A program made the translations under genes and the position numbers. Under the pieces are notes generated by a model. It worked only from the letters and a program-made list of their open reading frames with translations, was not told the origin of the DNA and searched no databases. Shown here piece by piece: positions 1-10,831 of a DNA stretch of 64,000 nucleotides (position 1 is its first letter; each line of letters opens with the position of its first letter). This DNA is from Gammaproteobacteria bacterium (lineage in GTDB: Bacteria > Pseudomonadota > Gammaproteobacteria > Pseudomonadales > Pseudohongiellaceae): the NCBI GenBank assembly GCA_041395725.1, contig JAWKZW010000001.1:919127-983126 (forward strand), read 5' to 3'.

Positions 1-1449
1 CAGCAGGAGTGGCAGATCCGATCCTGAAGTGTCGATAGCCCCGTTAATCCTTGGCTCATCGGTATCGATACCCGTAGCCTGGAATTCGCCACTCAGACTG
101 GCACCGAGCAGCTGCGCCTGCAGTACAGGCACCAACACCGAACCGCCATTGTTGGAAAGCTCAAACTCCAGCCCCACATTAAAAGGTCGGTCTGGCACCC
201 TCCGCAACTCCTCGCTCACCCGGCTTAACAGGGCATCACCGCCACCACTCAACTGACCAAGCACTTCCACAACCAGCGGCAGGTCAGGGCCCGTCGCGTT
301 GAGTCTGCCCGTGGCGTTGGGGTTTTCCGATTGGACACCCGAAACACTCAGGTTGGCATCCAGCTCCGCGCCTAACAGACTGGCCGTGAGATCTTGCAGC
401 TCCAGGGCGCCCGGGCCGGCTCCCCGGTAACTGGCGCCCGCTTGTAACGCGAAGCGTCGATCACTCAGCGCCGCCAGCCGATTGGCCAGATCCGTCACTC
501 CGGCGGCCGCAAACAGGCTGGCCAGATCGTCGCCCGCCAGACCGAATCTGCCCTCGTAGACAGGTGCGTCGGAATTCACTGCCCGGCCCTGCAGTTCCGC
601 CTGCAGACTGGCACCCAGGCCAGAGACATCCAGCTCGGTGATCTGCAAAGAATCTGTTGCCAGGTCAATAGACAGGGAGGTTCTCAGGTCGATGCTTGCG
701 CCCGTATCGGGAAGCGTGTCACCAGCCAGCTCTGCCCGAAAGGTCAGCGGCGCCAGTTGGTAGCGGCTGTTGTCCAGATCGTAGTTGAGGGTGCCGGACA
801 GCTCCGCAGTCCCGTTCAATGCCGGTTGACTGGACATCGCATCCAGCGTCATATTGAGGTTAATCGGTGTGCCATACACCAGTTCACCAACCGTAAACGC
901 CAGGTTGTTGATCTGATAAACCGTCGTGGTGCGCCTGTCCTCATAACGCAGATTCACATTGCTAACATCGACACCACCCAGAATAACCCGGGTCAGCGGC
1001 AACCCTGTGCCGTTGGGGGGGGCGGTTTCCACGGCAGCCGGCCCGGCGGACCCGGCAGCCCAGTTGCCGACGCCGGATTCGTTGACGATAAGATTCAGGC
1101 TCACGCCACGCAATTGCACGGTATCGATTTCATACCGCTGCCGCAGCAGGGGTAGCAGCTTGATACGCGCCTGCGCGGCCTCGGCCTGCAGCAAGGGTTG
1201 ATCGCCGAATCCTGCTCCCGCGCGGCTGGAAACCGTTACCTGCTCCACTCCGACTCCGAGCCACGGGTAGAACGACAGGCTGATATTACCGTCCAGGGCC
1301 AATTCCAGGCCGGTCTGAGACTGGAACTGACCGGCTATCCAGTCACTGTAGTCGTTGGGGTCCAGGGTGAGCACACGAACTACCAGTAGCACCAGCAGCG
1401 CCAGCACCAGAGCCAGCAGGGTAAAGCTAATCTTGAGAAACTTGGACAT
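1..1449 (-). CDS. AsmA family protein, N-terminal 483 codons (C-terminal part lies beyond the window start)
   Basis: Absent from the ORF track because it runs off the window. Hand translation from ATG 1449-1447 gives MSKFLKISFTLLALVLALLVLLVVRVLTLDPNDYSDWIAGQFQSQTGLELALDGNISLSFYPWLGVGVEQV... This is an N-terminal membrane anchor followed by repetitive beta-rich AsmA-type sequence. The frame stays open to base 1. Confidence 0.75.
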   Translation of the reverse strand, partial: MSKFLKISFTLLALVLALLVLLVVRVLTLDPNDYSDWIAGQFQSQTGLELALDGNISLSFYPWLGVGVEQVTVSSRAGAGFGDQPLLQAEAAQARIKLLPLLRQRYEIDTVQLRGVSLNLIVNESGVGNWAAGSAGPAAVETAPPNGTGLPLTRVILGGVDVSNVNLRYEDRRTTTVYQINNLAFTVGELVYGTPINLNMTLDAMSSQPALNGTAELSGTLNYDLDNSRYQLAPLTFRAELAGDTLPDTGASIDLRTSLSIDLATDSLQITELDVSGLGASLQAELQGRAVNSDAPVYEGRFGLAGDDLASLFAAAGVTDLANRLAALSDRRFALQAGASYRGAGPGALELQDLTASLLGAELDANLSVSGVQSENPNATGRLNATGPDLPLVVEVLGQLSGGGDALLSRVSEELRRVPDRPFNVGLEFELSNNGGSVLVPVLQAQLLGASLSGEFQATGIDTDEPRINGAIDTSGSDLPLLL

Positions 1450-1769
1450 CGTCGGATACCGGAAGGTGGCGGTGCTGACGACCCGAGGTTCGCCAGCACA
1501 GTAAACAGTTGCAGATTCTCAGCTCCAGTCAGCATCGGGCTGACTCCCTGATCAGGAACCACAAAATTCCTTCGCAGAGTTTCCCTGGTCTGAGTCAGGC
1601 TCTCGGGTCTCACATTATCGGACGAAAGGTCCCCAGGTAGTAGACCGTAGCTGCCCCGGGCAAATTCCCGAACTGGATCTCGCGACATCAGCAGGACATC
1701 GACCAGATTGCGAGTGCACAGCCTGCAGCGCCTGACGGCAGCCCTCTGGTCGACCAGTGGTTCGCCCGG

Positions 1770-3182
1770 TTACTGACTTACTGCCTGCAGGTCTGTCCCC
1801 CTGGTCTCGGTCAACAGCAGGACGGAGATAATTGTCAGAACCGCCGCCAGCGCGATGTAGACGGACACGAAGACTATGCCGTACTCATTCCACAGCAGGG
1901 TGGCGATAATGGGGGCCAGCGCACCACCGACAATCGCCCCTACCTGATAACCCAGCGAGGCTCCCGAATACCGCACGTGAGTGCTGAACAACTCGGTGAA
2001 AAAGGCCGCCTGAGGACCATACTGCATGCCGAGAAAACCCAGTCCACCGGTCACCCCGACCACGACCCAAAGGAAACTGCCGGTGTCGATCAGCGGGAAC
2101 AACACAAATGCCCAGGCGGCGGAAAGCACCGCGCCGGCGAGATAAACCCCGCGGCGCCCCTTGCGATCCGAATAAGCAGCGGCGAAGAACTGAAACGGTA
2201 TCTGTATCGCGGACGCGATCATTACCGCGGCCAGCATGAAATTCCGCGACAGCCCCATACCGATCTCGGCGTTCGTGCCATAGGAAACCACGAACACGAT
2301 CAGGATATAGAAAGTCACCTGGATAGACAGGAACGCCCCTGCCGCCAGCGCAATCCTGCCCGGGTACAGTCGCAGGGCTTCCAGCACGGGCGATCGCTGC
2401 CCTGCCGGTATTGGTTCAGCCGCAACCGCCTCAAAGGCCTCGTCCGGCGGCATGATTTCTTCTCCCTGGTGGGGGTGTTGCTGTTGCAGTTTCGCCAGCT
2501 CTTTAAACGCCTGGGTATCTTCCAGGTGCAATTGTACATACATGCTGATACCGATCAGCACCACACTGGCCAGGAAAGGAATGCGCCAGCCCCAGGCCAT
2601 GAATGCCTCTTCGGAAACGCTGCCACTGATAATAAGAAATGCCAGGTTGGCCAGGATCACGCCTACTGGCGCGCCAGCCTGTGCATAGGCACCGTAGTAG
2701 CCGCGCTTATCGGGGGGCGCATTTTCTGTCACCAGTAACATGGCGCCTCCCCATTGCCCACCAATGGCCAGGCCCTGAACAAAGCGCAACAGCACCAGCG
2801 CCACGGGCGCTAACGGACCGATGGTGCCATAGGTTGGCAACATGCCAATGAGGGTCGTGCCAACCCCCATCATCATCAGCGCGATCACCAGGGTGCGTTT
2901 ACGTCCGACACGATCACCGAAATGACCGAAAATGATACCCCCCAGCGGACGCGCCACGAAACCGACGGCGAAGGTGCTGAAAGAGGCGATCAGGGCAACG
3001 ATGGGCGGCATGTCTTCGGAGAAGAAAGCGACCGGGAACACCAGTGCTGCAGCCGTACCGTAGAGAAAAAAGTCGTACCACTCGATACTCGTGCCGGCAA
3101 GCGCAGTCAGGGCGACCTTGCGCATGTTCTTGCGAGTCTGCTGATCAATTGCTTCTGGTGTGGCCGTTACCTCTGTAGTCAT
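1770..3182 (-). CDS. MFS transporter, metabolite:H+ symporter (MHS; ProP/KgtP/ShiA-like) family
   Basis: 470-aa ORF with about 12 hydrophobic segments. TSIEWYDFFLYGTAAALVFP and GDRVGRKRTL motifs are typical of MHS-type MFS permeases. Confidence 0.85.
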   Translation of the reverse strand: MTTEVTATPEAIDQQTRKNMRKVALTALAGTSIEWYDFFLYGTAAALVFPVAFFSEDMPPIVALIASFSTFAVGFVARPLGGIIFGHFGDRVGRKRTLVIALMMMGVGTTLIGMLPTYGTIGPLAPVALVLLRFVQGLAIGGQWGGAMLLVTENAPPDKRGYYGAYAQAGAPVGVILANLAFLIISGSVSEEAFMAWGWRIPFLASVVLIGISMYVQLHLEDTQAFKELAKLQQQHPHQGEEIMPPDEAFEAVAAEPIPAGQRSPVLEALRLYPGRIALAAGAFLSIQVTFYILIVFVVSYGTNAEIGMGLSRNFMLAAVMIASAIQIPFQFFAAAYSDRKGRRGVYLAGAVLSAAWAFVLFPLIDTGSFLWVVVGVTGGLGFLGMQYGPQAAFFTELFSTHVRYSGASLGYQVGAIVGGALAPIIATLLWNEYGIVFVSVYIALAAVLTIISVLLLTETRGTDLQAVSQ

Positions 3183-3429
3183 GCTGACTCCCGATTATTG
3201 TCTTTCTTATTGGGGCGCATTCACTGCGCGGCGATGTCGCCCGTGCAGCATGAGTCGCCCGTGCAGCATAAAAGGCCCCTAAGCAATTGTCCATGCTCAA
3301 ATAAGGAGCCTCTGATTAAGTACCACAACGCTCTGCGGGAGTTGCCATAACGCGTTGATTCGGTTATCAATGTCTGCCAGGGGCGGCGCGTGATCACACC
3401 ACCCTGCAAAAACAGGTGGGGAGAGGACC

Positions 3430-4329
3430 ATGAAGCGAACAGTGCAGGTCGGCGTGATCGTTATTCAATGCCTGGCATTGCTGGTATTGCCTGCCGCAGG
3501 AAAGGCGGCTGCAGACCACAGCCTCCCGCCGGTTGAAGAAATTCTGATCGACCTGGGTGACCACCAGCTTACCGCCTGGGCCTGGGGCGACCCGACTGCA
3601 GAGCTGGTCCTGGCATTGCCCGGTTCCGGCGCGTCCAATACCCGCTATTTTCTGCTCGGAGCCCTGGTGGCCTCTTCCGGATACCGCTTTGTGGCCATCA
3701 ACCAGCGAGGAATAGCCGGCAGCAGCGGGCACCTGGAAGGTCTGACTCTCCATGACTATGCCGATGATATTGCCCGGGTCATCGACTATTTTGGCGCACC
3801 ACAGGCACACCTGGTGGGCTGGGCTCTGGGCAACCGGATCCAGCGGACGGTGGCCACCAATTACCCCGACAAGGTGGCAACTGTCACGCTGCTGGCCGCA
3901 GGTGGCCTGGTGGCACCGGACCTGGCACCGGGCGTCCTCAATCGCCTGTTGTCCGAACCTGACCTGCCTCTGGATGAGAAACAGGCGCTGGCCCGAGAAT
4001 CCCTGTTTGCGGCCGCCACCGATGATCAACAGGTGCGCGGTTTCGTGGAGCAGCTCAGTTATTGGCCTGCTGCGCGCCGTTCGCAGCAGGTCGCCAACCG
4101 TGCCGTACCCAGAGAACACTGGTGGGCGGGCGGTGACAGCCCGTTGCTGATCGTACAGGGCCTGGAAGACCGTACGGCTCCTCCCTCGAATGGTCGACAG
4201 ATGCAACAAACCTATGGCGACCGGGTGACACTGGTGGAGATAAGCGACGCGGGGCATCTTATGGGTTACGAGAAACCGGAAGAAACGGCCCGGGCAATCG
4301 TTGAGTTTCTCAAGCGGCATTCGCTATAG
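3430..4329 (+). CDS. Secreted alpha/beta-fold hydrolase family protein (nucleophile position is Ala)
   Basis: 299-aa ORF with a signal-like N-terminus (VIVIQCLALLVLPAAGKAAA). It has alpha/beta hydrolase layout, with an elbow HLVGWALGN, an acid LIVQGLEDRT and a His in ISDAGHL. Confidence 0.75.
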   Translation: MKRTVQVGVIVIQCLALLVLPAAGKAAADHSLPPVEEILIDLGDHQLTAWAWGDPTAELVLALPGSGASNTRYFLLGALVASSGYRFVAINQRGIAGSSGHLEGLTLHDYADDIARVIDYFGAPQAHLVGWALGNRIQRTVATNYPDKVATVTLLAAGGLVAPDLAPGVLNRLLSEPDLPLDEKQALARESLFAAATDDQQVRGFVEQLSYWPAARRSQQVANRAVPREHWWAGGDSPLLIVQGLEDRTAPPSNGRQMQQTYGDRVTLVEISDAGHLMGYEKPEETARAIVEFLKRHSL

Positions 4330-4408
4330 CAGATAGCCGGCCAGCAAAGTAAGCTGGGCCGGGCTGAAATTTACCCAGCATTTCATGCACTGATCAGGTT
4401 GGGTTTAC

Positions 4409-7400
4409 TTGAACTGGAGGCTCACCTTGGGTGTCGCAGCAAGCGCCGGACAAAGCACAGGAAAAAGAACCGGAAAAAGTCCCGCGGAATCGAATCCGGC
4501 CAACGGCAATGGACAGCGACAATGGCTGCGGTTTATCACGGCGGCGAGTCTGTTCGACGGCCACGATGCAGCTATCAATATCATGCGCCGAATGCTGCAG
4601 GCTTCCGGTGTCGAAGTAATACACTTGGCCCATAACCGTTCGGTGCAGGAAGTCGTCGAAGCGGCCATCCAGGAGGACGTGGACGGTATTGCCATCAGTT
4701 CTTACCAGGGTGGTCACCTGGAGTATTTCAAGTATCTGGTGGACCAGCTCAGAGATCGCGGCGCCGGCCACATCCGTATCTTCGGTGGCGGTGGGGGCGT
4801 AATCATCCCGGCGGAGATCGCGGAACTGCACGACTACGGCGTCGAACGACTCTTCTCCCCGGCAGACGGCCAGAAAATGGGCCTGCAGGGAATGATTGAC
4901 GACATTATTAAGCGCTCCCATGCTGCCAGCGGCAGGCCGGCAGCTCCACCGGCCAGCGAGCTGCCCGGTGGCGACCGGCTGCAGCTGACCCGGTTTATTA
5001 CGGCGCTGGAAAACGGCAGCGTCAGCGCCGAGCAGCTTGAGCTGCTGCGCGGATTGGCGGACCAGGCCGCTGCCACCCCGGTCCTGGGAATAACGGGTAC
5101 TGGCGGTGCCGGTAAATCCTCGCTTACCGACGAACTGGTCAGTCGCTTTCGCCAGGACAGTAATGACAAGGTCTCAATCGCTATTCTGGCCATTGACCCC
5201 ACCAGAAGAAAGACAGGTGGCGCCCTGCTCGGCGATCGTATCCGCATGAACGCCATCAACCACCCAAGTCTGTTCATGCGCTCCATCGCAACCCGTCGGG
5301 CCGGTGCGGAGATCCCGGAGAACCTGCAAGCCATTATAGACGCCACGAAAGCGTCCGGCTTCGATCTGACAATCGTCGAGACACCAGGGATTGGCCAGGG
5401 CGACGCCGGTATCGTACCGTTTGTAGACTGCTCCCTGTATGTGATGACGCCTGAGTTCGGCGCCGCCAGCCAACTGGAAAAAATAGACATGCTGGATTTC
5501 GCCGATCTGTTCGCCATCAACAAATTCGACCGCCAGGGCGGCGAGGACGCGATCAGGGATGTCAGCAAGCAGGTACAACGTAACCGTGCGGCCTTCGATC
5601 TGAGCCCTGACGCTATGCCAGTCTTTGGCACCATCGCATCAAAGTTCAATGACGACGGTGTCACCGCCCTGTATCAGGCCCTGGCCGCAGAGCTTCAGCA
5701 GCACGGACTGAAAGACTTCGAGCGCCATTTAAAACCTGTCAGTACAAAAACCTCCACCCAGCGCACAGTCATTATCCCGGCTCAGCACAAACGCTACCTG
5801 GCGGAAATTGCGGAAACCGTGCGCGGATACCGCAACGAGGTGGAAGCGCAGTCCCGTCTGGCGAGGGAACGTCAGCAACTGCAGGCATCCTGTGCCATGC
5901 TGGCACAGGCGGGCCATAGCCCGCATGAGCTGGAATCCTTGATCGCTCAGCGCGAGCAGTCCTTGAGTCCAGAGGCAAGAAAGGCGCTGGCGGCGTGGCC
6001 GGAAATCCAGGCAAGTTATGGCGGCAGTGAACTGGTCGTGCAGGTCAGGGATCGGGAAATCCGGACCGCGTTGAAACAGACTACTCTGTCGGGAACTGCC
6101 ATCCCCCGGGTTGCCCTGCCCCGTTATCACGATGAAGGCGATCTGTTGAGCTGGTTGATGCTGGAGAACCTGCCCGGCTATTTTCCCTTCACCGCCGGCG
6201 TCTTCCCGTTTAAACGCGAGGAAGAGGACCCTACCCGCATGTTTGCCGGTGAAGGGGACGCCTTCCGCACCAATCGGCGTTTCAAACAGCTGTCAGAGCA
6301 CTCGGAGGCCAAGCGCCTGTCCACTGCCTTCGACTCGGTGACGCTGTACGGTTTCGATCCTGACGAGCGCCCGGATATCTACGGCAAAGTGGGCAACTCC
6401 GGTGTGTCTATTGCCACCCTCGATGACATGAAAGCTCTGTACCAGGGTTTCGACCTCTGTCACCCGACCACCTCCGTATCCATGACGATCAACGGCCCGG
6501 CGCCCACCCTGCTTGCCATGTTCCTGAATACCGCCATCGATCAGCAGCTGGAAAAATTCAGCGCCGCGTGCGGCAGGCAGCCGGACGAGAAAGAGACCCG
6601 GGAGATTACCGCCCGGGCCCTTGGAAGCGTCAGAGGCACAGTACAGGCGGATATTCTCAAGGAGGATCAGGGCCAGAACACCTGCATCTTCTCGACGGAG
6701 TTCAGCCTCAAGCTGATGGGGGACATTCAGGAATATTTTATAAGCCGGGACATTCGCAACTTCTACTCGGCCTCCATCTCCGGTTATCACATCGCCGAAG
6801 CCGGTGCCAACCCGATCTCGCAGCTGGCCTTCACCCTGGCCAACGGCTTCACTTTCGTGGAAGCTTATCTGGCCCGGGGCATGAAGATCGACGACTTTGC
6901 CCGTAATCTTTCCTTCTTTTTTTCCAATGGCATGGATCCGGAGTATACGGTCATGGGGCGCGTGGCACGGCGGATCTGGGCCACGGCCATGCGCTACAAG
7001 TACGGGGCCAACGAACGCAGCCAGAAACTGAAGTACCACATCCAGACCTCAGGCCGGTCATTGCACGCCCAGGAAATGGCCTTCAATGATATACGCACCA
7101 CCCTGCAGGCACTGATCGCCATTTACGACAACTGCAACAGCCTGCACACCAATGCCTACGACGAGGCGATTACCACGCCCACCGATGAATCGGTACGGCG
7201 GGCGATGGCAATTCAACTGGTCATTAACAAGGAATGGGGGCTGGCAAAAACCGAGAACCCCAACCAGGGCGCTTTCATCATCGAGGAGCTGACTGATCTG
7301 GTGGAGGAAGCGGTACTGTTGGAATTTGAGCGCCTGTCCGATCGGGGCGGGGTTCTGGGCGCCATGGAGACCGGGTACCAGCGCGGCAGAATCCAGGACG

Positions 7401-7732
7401 AATCCATGCACTACGAACACAGGAAGCATGACGGCAGCCTGCCGATTGTCGGGGTCAACACCTTTCTCAGCGCCAATGCCGAACCGGCAGGTTCTGAAAT
7501 TACCCTGGCCAGATCCACAACCCGGGAGAAAGACAGCCAGATCGAACGGTTACGGGATTTTCAGGCCCGCAATCGCCCGCAGTGTGAGGAGGCGCTGCAA
7601 AGTCTCAGACTGGCAGTGGCTGACAATGCGAACGTCTTCGCTGAATTGATGCAGGCAGTAAGGTACTGTTCACTCGGTCAGATTACCGACACGTTCTTCG
7701 AGGTCGGAGGACAGTATCGGCGCACCATGTAA
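4409..7732 (+). CDS. icmF: Fused isobutyryl-CoA mutase (B12-binding domain + MeaB-like GTPase + mutase substrate domain)
   Basis: 1107-aa ORF with an N-terminal B12 domain ([20 protein letters not shown]), a central G-protein P-loop ([13 protein letters not shown]) and a C-terminal methylmalonyl-CoA-mutase-like barrel. There is no in-frame ATG before the conserved region, so a TTG start (4409 or 4427) is required. Confidence 0.9.
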   Translation: MNWRLTLGVAASAGQSTGKRTGKSPAESNPANGNGQRQWLRFITAASLFDGHDAAINIMRRMLQASGVEVIHLAHNRSVQEVVEAAIQEDVDGIAISSYQGGHLEYFKYLVDQLRDRGAGHIRIFGGGGGVIIPAEIAELHDYGVERLFSPADGQKMGLQGMIDDIIKRSHAASGRPAAPPASELPGGDRLQLTRFITALENGSVSAEQLELLRGLADQAAATPVLGITGTGGAGKSSLTDELVSRFRQDSNDKVSIAILAIDPTRRKTGGALLGDRIRMNAINHPSLFMRSIATRRAGAEIPENLQAIIDATKASGFDLTIVETPGIGQGDAGIVPFVDCSLYVMTPEFGAASQLEKIDMLDFADLFAINKFDRQGGEDAIRDVSKQVQRNRAAFDLSPDAMPVFGTIASKFNDDGVTALYQALAAELQQHGLKDFERHLKPVSTKTSTQRTVIIPAQHKRYLAEIAETVRGYRNEVEAQSRLARERQQLQASCAMLAQAGHSPHELESLIAQREQSLSPEARKALAAWPEIQASYGGSELVVQVRDREIRTALKQTTLSGTAIPRVALPRYHDEGDLLSWLMLENLPGYFPFTAGVFPFKREEEDPTRMFAGEGDAFRTNRRFKQLSEHSEAKRLSTAFDSVTLYGFDPDERPDIYGKVGNSGVSIATLDDMKALYQGFDLCHPTTSVSMTINGPAPTLLAMFLNTAIDQQLEKFSAACGRQPDEKETREITARALGSVRGTVQADILKEDQGQNTCIFSTEFSLKLMGDIQEYFISRDIRNFYSASISGYHIAEAGANPISQLAFTLANGFTFVEAYLARGMKIDDFARNLSFFFSNGMDPEYTVMGRVARRIWATAMRYKYGANERSQKLKYHIQTSGRSLHAQEMAFNDIRTTLQALIAIYDNCNSLHTNAYDEAITTPTDESVRRAMAIQLVINKEWGLAKTENPNQGAFIIEELTDLVEEAVLLEFERLSDRGGVLGAMETGYQRGRIQDESMHYEHRKHDGSLPIVGVNTFLSANAEPAGSEITLARSTTREKDSQIERLRDFQARNRPQCEEALQSLRLAVADNANVFAELMQAVRYCSLGQITDTFFEVGGQYRRTM

Positions 7733-7805
7733 CCGCCGCTACAATGACCAGCAGGCGTGCCTGAGTACAGGCCGCAAAAAAACCGCCACCAACGGCTGTA
7801 ACCCT

Positions 7806-8747
7806 ATGCAACAACCAGTACTAACGCTGGAAAACATCAGCAAGAAGTACGGCGACTTCACCGCCGTGGACAAGGTGAATCTGCAGATCCCGCGGGGATC
7901 TGTGTACGGCTTCCTGGGGCCCAATGGGGCCGGCAAAACCACGACGATTCGCATGATCCTGGATATTATTCAGCCCACCTCAGGGCGCATTTCCATACTG
8001 GGCCATCAGTCGGCACAGGCGGTGCGGCAGCGCATTGGTTACCTGCCGGAAGAGAAAGGCCTGTACAAGAAAATGAAAGTGGCCAGCCTGATCGCCTACT
8101 TCGCAAGACTCAAGGGGATGGCGAAGCAGGACGCCGAGCGCCAGGCGGAGGCATTGCTGCGTCAGTACGGGCTGATCGAGTTCTGCGATGCCCGCATCGA
8201 ATCCCTCTCCAAGGGTATGTCCCAGAAGGTCCAGGTACTGGCGTCGGTGGCACACGAACCCGAACTGGTGATCCTCGATGAACCCTTCTCCGGACTGGAC
8301 CCGGTCAACCAGCAGGTGCTGGAAGACCTGATAAAGAATCTGAGTGCGAACGGCCAGACGGTGATTTTTTCCACCCATATCATGGCCCATGCAGAGCGGC
8401 TGTGTGATCAGATACTGCTCATCGCTGGCGGACGAAAAGTATTCGACGGAACCGTCTCGGAAGCCAAGGCACTGGTGCCTCGCCGGGTGCTGCTGGAAAC
8501 TGCCGGGGATGTGGCCGGGTTGGCCAGACTGGACTCCGTGGCCAGGATCACAGCCTCCGAGACCGAGCCGGGCACTGTCCCCCATTGGGTAGTGGAAATC
8601 ACCAATAACGCCCAACCCCAGGATATTCTCAAATACTGCTTTGATGCGGGCATTCCACTCAGCCGTTTCGAGTACGCCGAGCCCAGTCTGCACGACGTAT
8701 TCGTAGACCTGGTAGGGGCTGAAGCCAGGGAGCAGCGACTGCGATGA
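7806..8747 (+). CDS. ABC transporter ATP-binding protein (ABC-2/NatA-like)
   Basis: Walker A GPNGAGKTTT, signature LSKGMSQK, Walker B LVILDEPFSGLD. Confidence 0.9.
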   Translation: MQQPVLTLENISKKYGDFTAVDKVNLQIPRGSVYGFLGPNGAGKTTTIRMILDIIQPTSGRISILGHQSAQAVRQRIGYLPEEKGLYKKMKVASLIAYFARLKGMAKQDAERQAEALLRQYGLIEFCDARIESLSKGMSQKVQVLASVAHEPELVILDEPFSGLDPVNQQVLEDLIKNLSANGQTVIFSTHIMAHAERLCDQILLIAGGRKVFDGTVSEAKALVPRRVLLETAGDVAGLARLDSVARITASETEPGTVPHWVVEITNNAQPQDILKYCFDAGIPLSRFEYAEPSLHDVFVDLVGAEAREQRLR

Positions 8748-10327
8748 ATGTTATTCGAATCATCGCCTGGCGTGAATTCATGGAGAATGTCCGCACCAGG
8801 GGATTCTGGATCGGTATCCTGTTACTGCCGGTCATGGTTATCGGCATCTACCTGATTCAATCATCGCTGGCGAGTGCAACGCCGACCCGTTACTACATGC
8901 TGATAGACCAGACCGGCCGTTACCAGGACACGGTGGAGTCCGCCATCGAACTGGAACATCAGCGCCAGGTTCTCCAGGCGTTCGTCAACTATCTGCTGGA
9001 CAACCGCAAAGAAAGAGACCTGGAACTCACCGCCGCTGACGCCAGATCCGCGGCAGACCAGCTCGTAGACGACGTAGGTGCAGACGAGGCCGCAGCCCTG
9101 AACGAATGGATCGAAGCCGGGGGCCTGGATTTCGCCCTGACCATGTCGACGCCCTACCTGCGGGAAGACGCACCACCCTTCGAGAGTCCGCGCCGCACCT
9201 TTATTCAAGCCCCGATGCCCGACGGCATCGACCTTAACGCCAGCCCGGAACAACTTGTCGGCCAGCTGAGGCCCCTTCTGAGCGGCGAACAACGGGTGTC
9301 CGTGGATGGCAATAGTGGTGAACTGTTTGCCCTGATCCTGGTGCCCGCCGATATTGACGACCACGTCATGCGTCCCGGTGTGATGCCGGTTGCCGGCCAG
9401 GCTCCGCGTACCGGCATTCAGTACTGGAGCCGCAATCTGGCCGATACGCGGCTTCCGAATGCCGTAGAGCGCAGTCTCAACTCCAGAATTCGCGATGAGG
9501 AGTTCGCTAACAGCGGTCTCAATACGCAGTTGATCCGCTCTATTCAGCGCACCCGATTGCCACTCAGCAAACTTGACCCCCTTGCCAGTGAAGGGGAGGA
9601 AGCGGTGAGCATGGCCGATACCTTTCGGCAGTTTGCCCCGATGGGCTTTGTGTACTTCATGTTTCTGGCCCTGATGCAGAGCGTTCAGTACCTGCTGACC
9701 AACACCATCGAAGAAAAATCCAATCGTATCCTTGAGGTCCTGCTGGCTTCGGTAACACCGAATGAGCTGCTGATGGGCAAATTGCTGGGCATCGGGCTGA
9801 GCAGCCTGACCACGCTGGCAGCCTGGCTGCTGACCCTGTTTCTGTTTCTGAATTTATACGACAGCGCGGAAACCAGCGCCATCGTGCAGATTATCGGCGT
9901 TGCCCTGAGTTCCGACCTGGTCCCGTGGTTTATTTTTTACTGCCTGGCCGGCTACGCTTTGTACTCCGGCATCTTCCTGGCCATCGGCAGTCTCTGCAAC
10001 ACGCTCAAGGAGGCGCAGGGCATGATGGTGCCGGTGCTCGTCACCATGATGATACCGATTACCATTACGCCCTTCGTGGTCATGGACCCCAATGGCAGTC
10101 TGTTCAGAATGCTCTCCTGGTTCCCGCCATTCACTCCGTTCCTGATGATGAACCGGGCAGCCGCCAATCCACCGCTGCTGGATCTGATCGGTACCACACT
10201 AGTGCTGCTGTTCAGCATTTTTCTGGTGCTTTGGCTGTCGGGGCGGGTTTTCAGACAGGGCCTGCTGCGGACCGGCCAGCCACCACGGGTGATTGAGTTG
10301 CTGCGGATGCTACGCGGCGGTCACTGA
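8744..10327 (+). CDS. ABC-2 family transporter permease (NatB-like, large extracytoplasmic loop)
   Basis: 527-aa ORF with an ATGA overlap with the upstream ATPase gene. It has an N-terminal TM, a soluble loop of about 250 aa, then 5-6 C-terminal TM helices. Confidence 0.8.
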   Translation: MNVIRIIAWREFMENVRTRGFWIGILLLPVMVIGIYLIQSSLASATPTRYYMLIDQTGRYQDTVESAIELEHQRQVLQAFVNYLLDNRKERDLELTAADARSAADQLVDDVGADEAAALNEWIEAGGLDFALTMSTPYLREDAPPFESPRRTFIQAPMPDGIDLNASPEQLVGQLRPLLSGEQRVSVDGNSGELFALILVPADIDDHVMRPGVMPVAGQAPRTGIQYWSRNLADTRLPNAVERSLNSRIRDEEFANSGLNTQLIRSIQRTRLPLSKLDPLASEGEEAVSMADTFRQFAPMGFVYFMFLALMQSVQYLLTNTIEEKSNRILEVLLASVTPNELLMGKLLGIGLSSLTTLAAWLLTLFLFLNLYDSAETSAIVQIIGVALSSDLVPWFIFYCLAGYALYSGIFLAIGSLCNTLKEAQGMMVPVLVTMMIPITITPFVVMDPNGSLFRMLSWFPPFTPFLMMNRAAANPPLLDLIGTTLVLLFSIFLVLWLSGRVFRQGLLRTGQPPRVIELLRMLRGGH

Positions 10328-10800
10328 TCGAGGGAAGCGTCGCTGTTCAGCTCATAGGTGTAGCCAATGACTGACTCCACATGGGCCGGTTGCAGAGATC
10401 TATACAGCGTATTGGCAGCCAGGTTGGCATGCTCCGTGCCAAGCCAGGCCTCCTGACAGCCCCGTCCCCTGGCGGATTCCAGCAGGAAAGTCATCAGTGC
10501 CTTACCGACACCCCGGCGCCTGAAATTGACACAGGTGTCCACTTCATCGATGTAAAGCCAGCGGAAATCCTCATAGGGTTTACGCTCTATACGCGCCGCG
10601 GCGATACCGCCAAGTTCGGGCGGATCTTCACCCACAAACGCGGCGACAAACAGGTGGTCATCGTCGGCAAGATAAGTGCGCAACGCGTCCACCTGGTAAC
10701 CGTCGATATCGTTTCCGGCATCCCACTGCGCCGTATTTATGCGTTGTGTCAACAGCTCCAGGTCGTCTGACCCGACTATCCGCCTGACCTGTATCTTCAC
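10321..10800 (-). CDS. GNAT family N-acetyltransferase
   Basis: 159-aa ORF. The acetyl-CoA motif RRRGVGKALM follows a beta-strand LYIDEVDT. It converges on the ABC-2 permease gene with a 7-nt overlap. Confidence 0.8.
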   Translation of the reverse strand: MKIQVRRIVGSDDLELLTQRINTAQWDAGNDIDGYQVDALRTYLADDDHLFVAAFVGEDPPELGGIAAARIERKPYEDFRWLYIDEVDTCVNFRRRGVGKALMTFLLESARGRGCQEAWLGTEHANLAANTLYRSLQPAHVESVIGYTYELNSDASLDQ

Positions 10801-10831
10801 TGCCCAGTCCCTCCTTCGCCGCTACCAGGCT

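Noticed and set aside
1380-1688. 102-aa minus-strand ORF between the MFS and AsmA genes
   Set aside because: Its last 23 codons overlap the AsmA start in another frame, with a WCWRCWCYW tail typical of out-of-frame translation. It has no RBS or motif, so it is treated as non-coding.
3394-4320. 308-aa minus-strand ORF covering the whole alpha/beta hydrolase gene
   Set aside because: It is an antisense shadow ORF, as expected in high-GC DNA. Its Arg/Gly/Pro-rich product has no recognisable motifs, while the plus-strand product has a clear fold signature.
4485-4497. GAATCGAATCCGG, resembling a tRNA T-loop, plus similar GTTCGA strings elsewhere (e.g. 35236-35246)
   Set aside because: They lie inside well-supported coding frames, and no acceptor, D or anticodon arms can be drawn around them. 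I found no tRNA in the window.
4834-7429. Several 100-276-aa minus-strand ORFs inside icmF
   Set aside because: They are antisense shadows of a strongly supported 1107-aa gene, with low-complexity Ser/Arg/Pro-rich translations.
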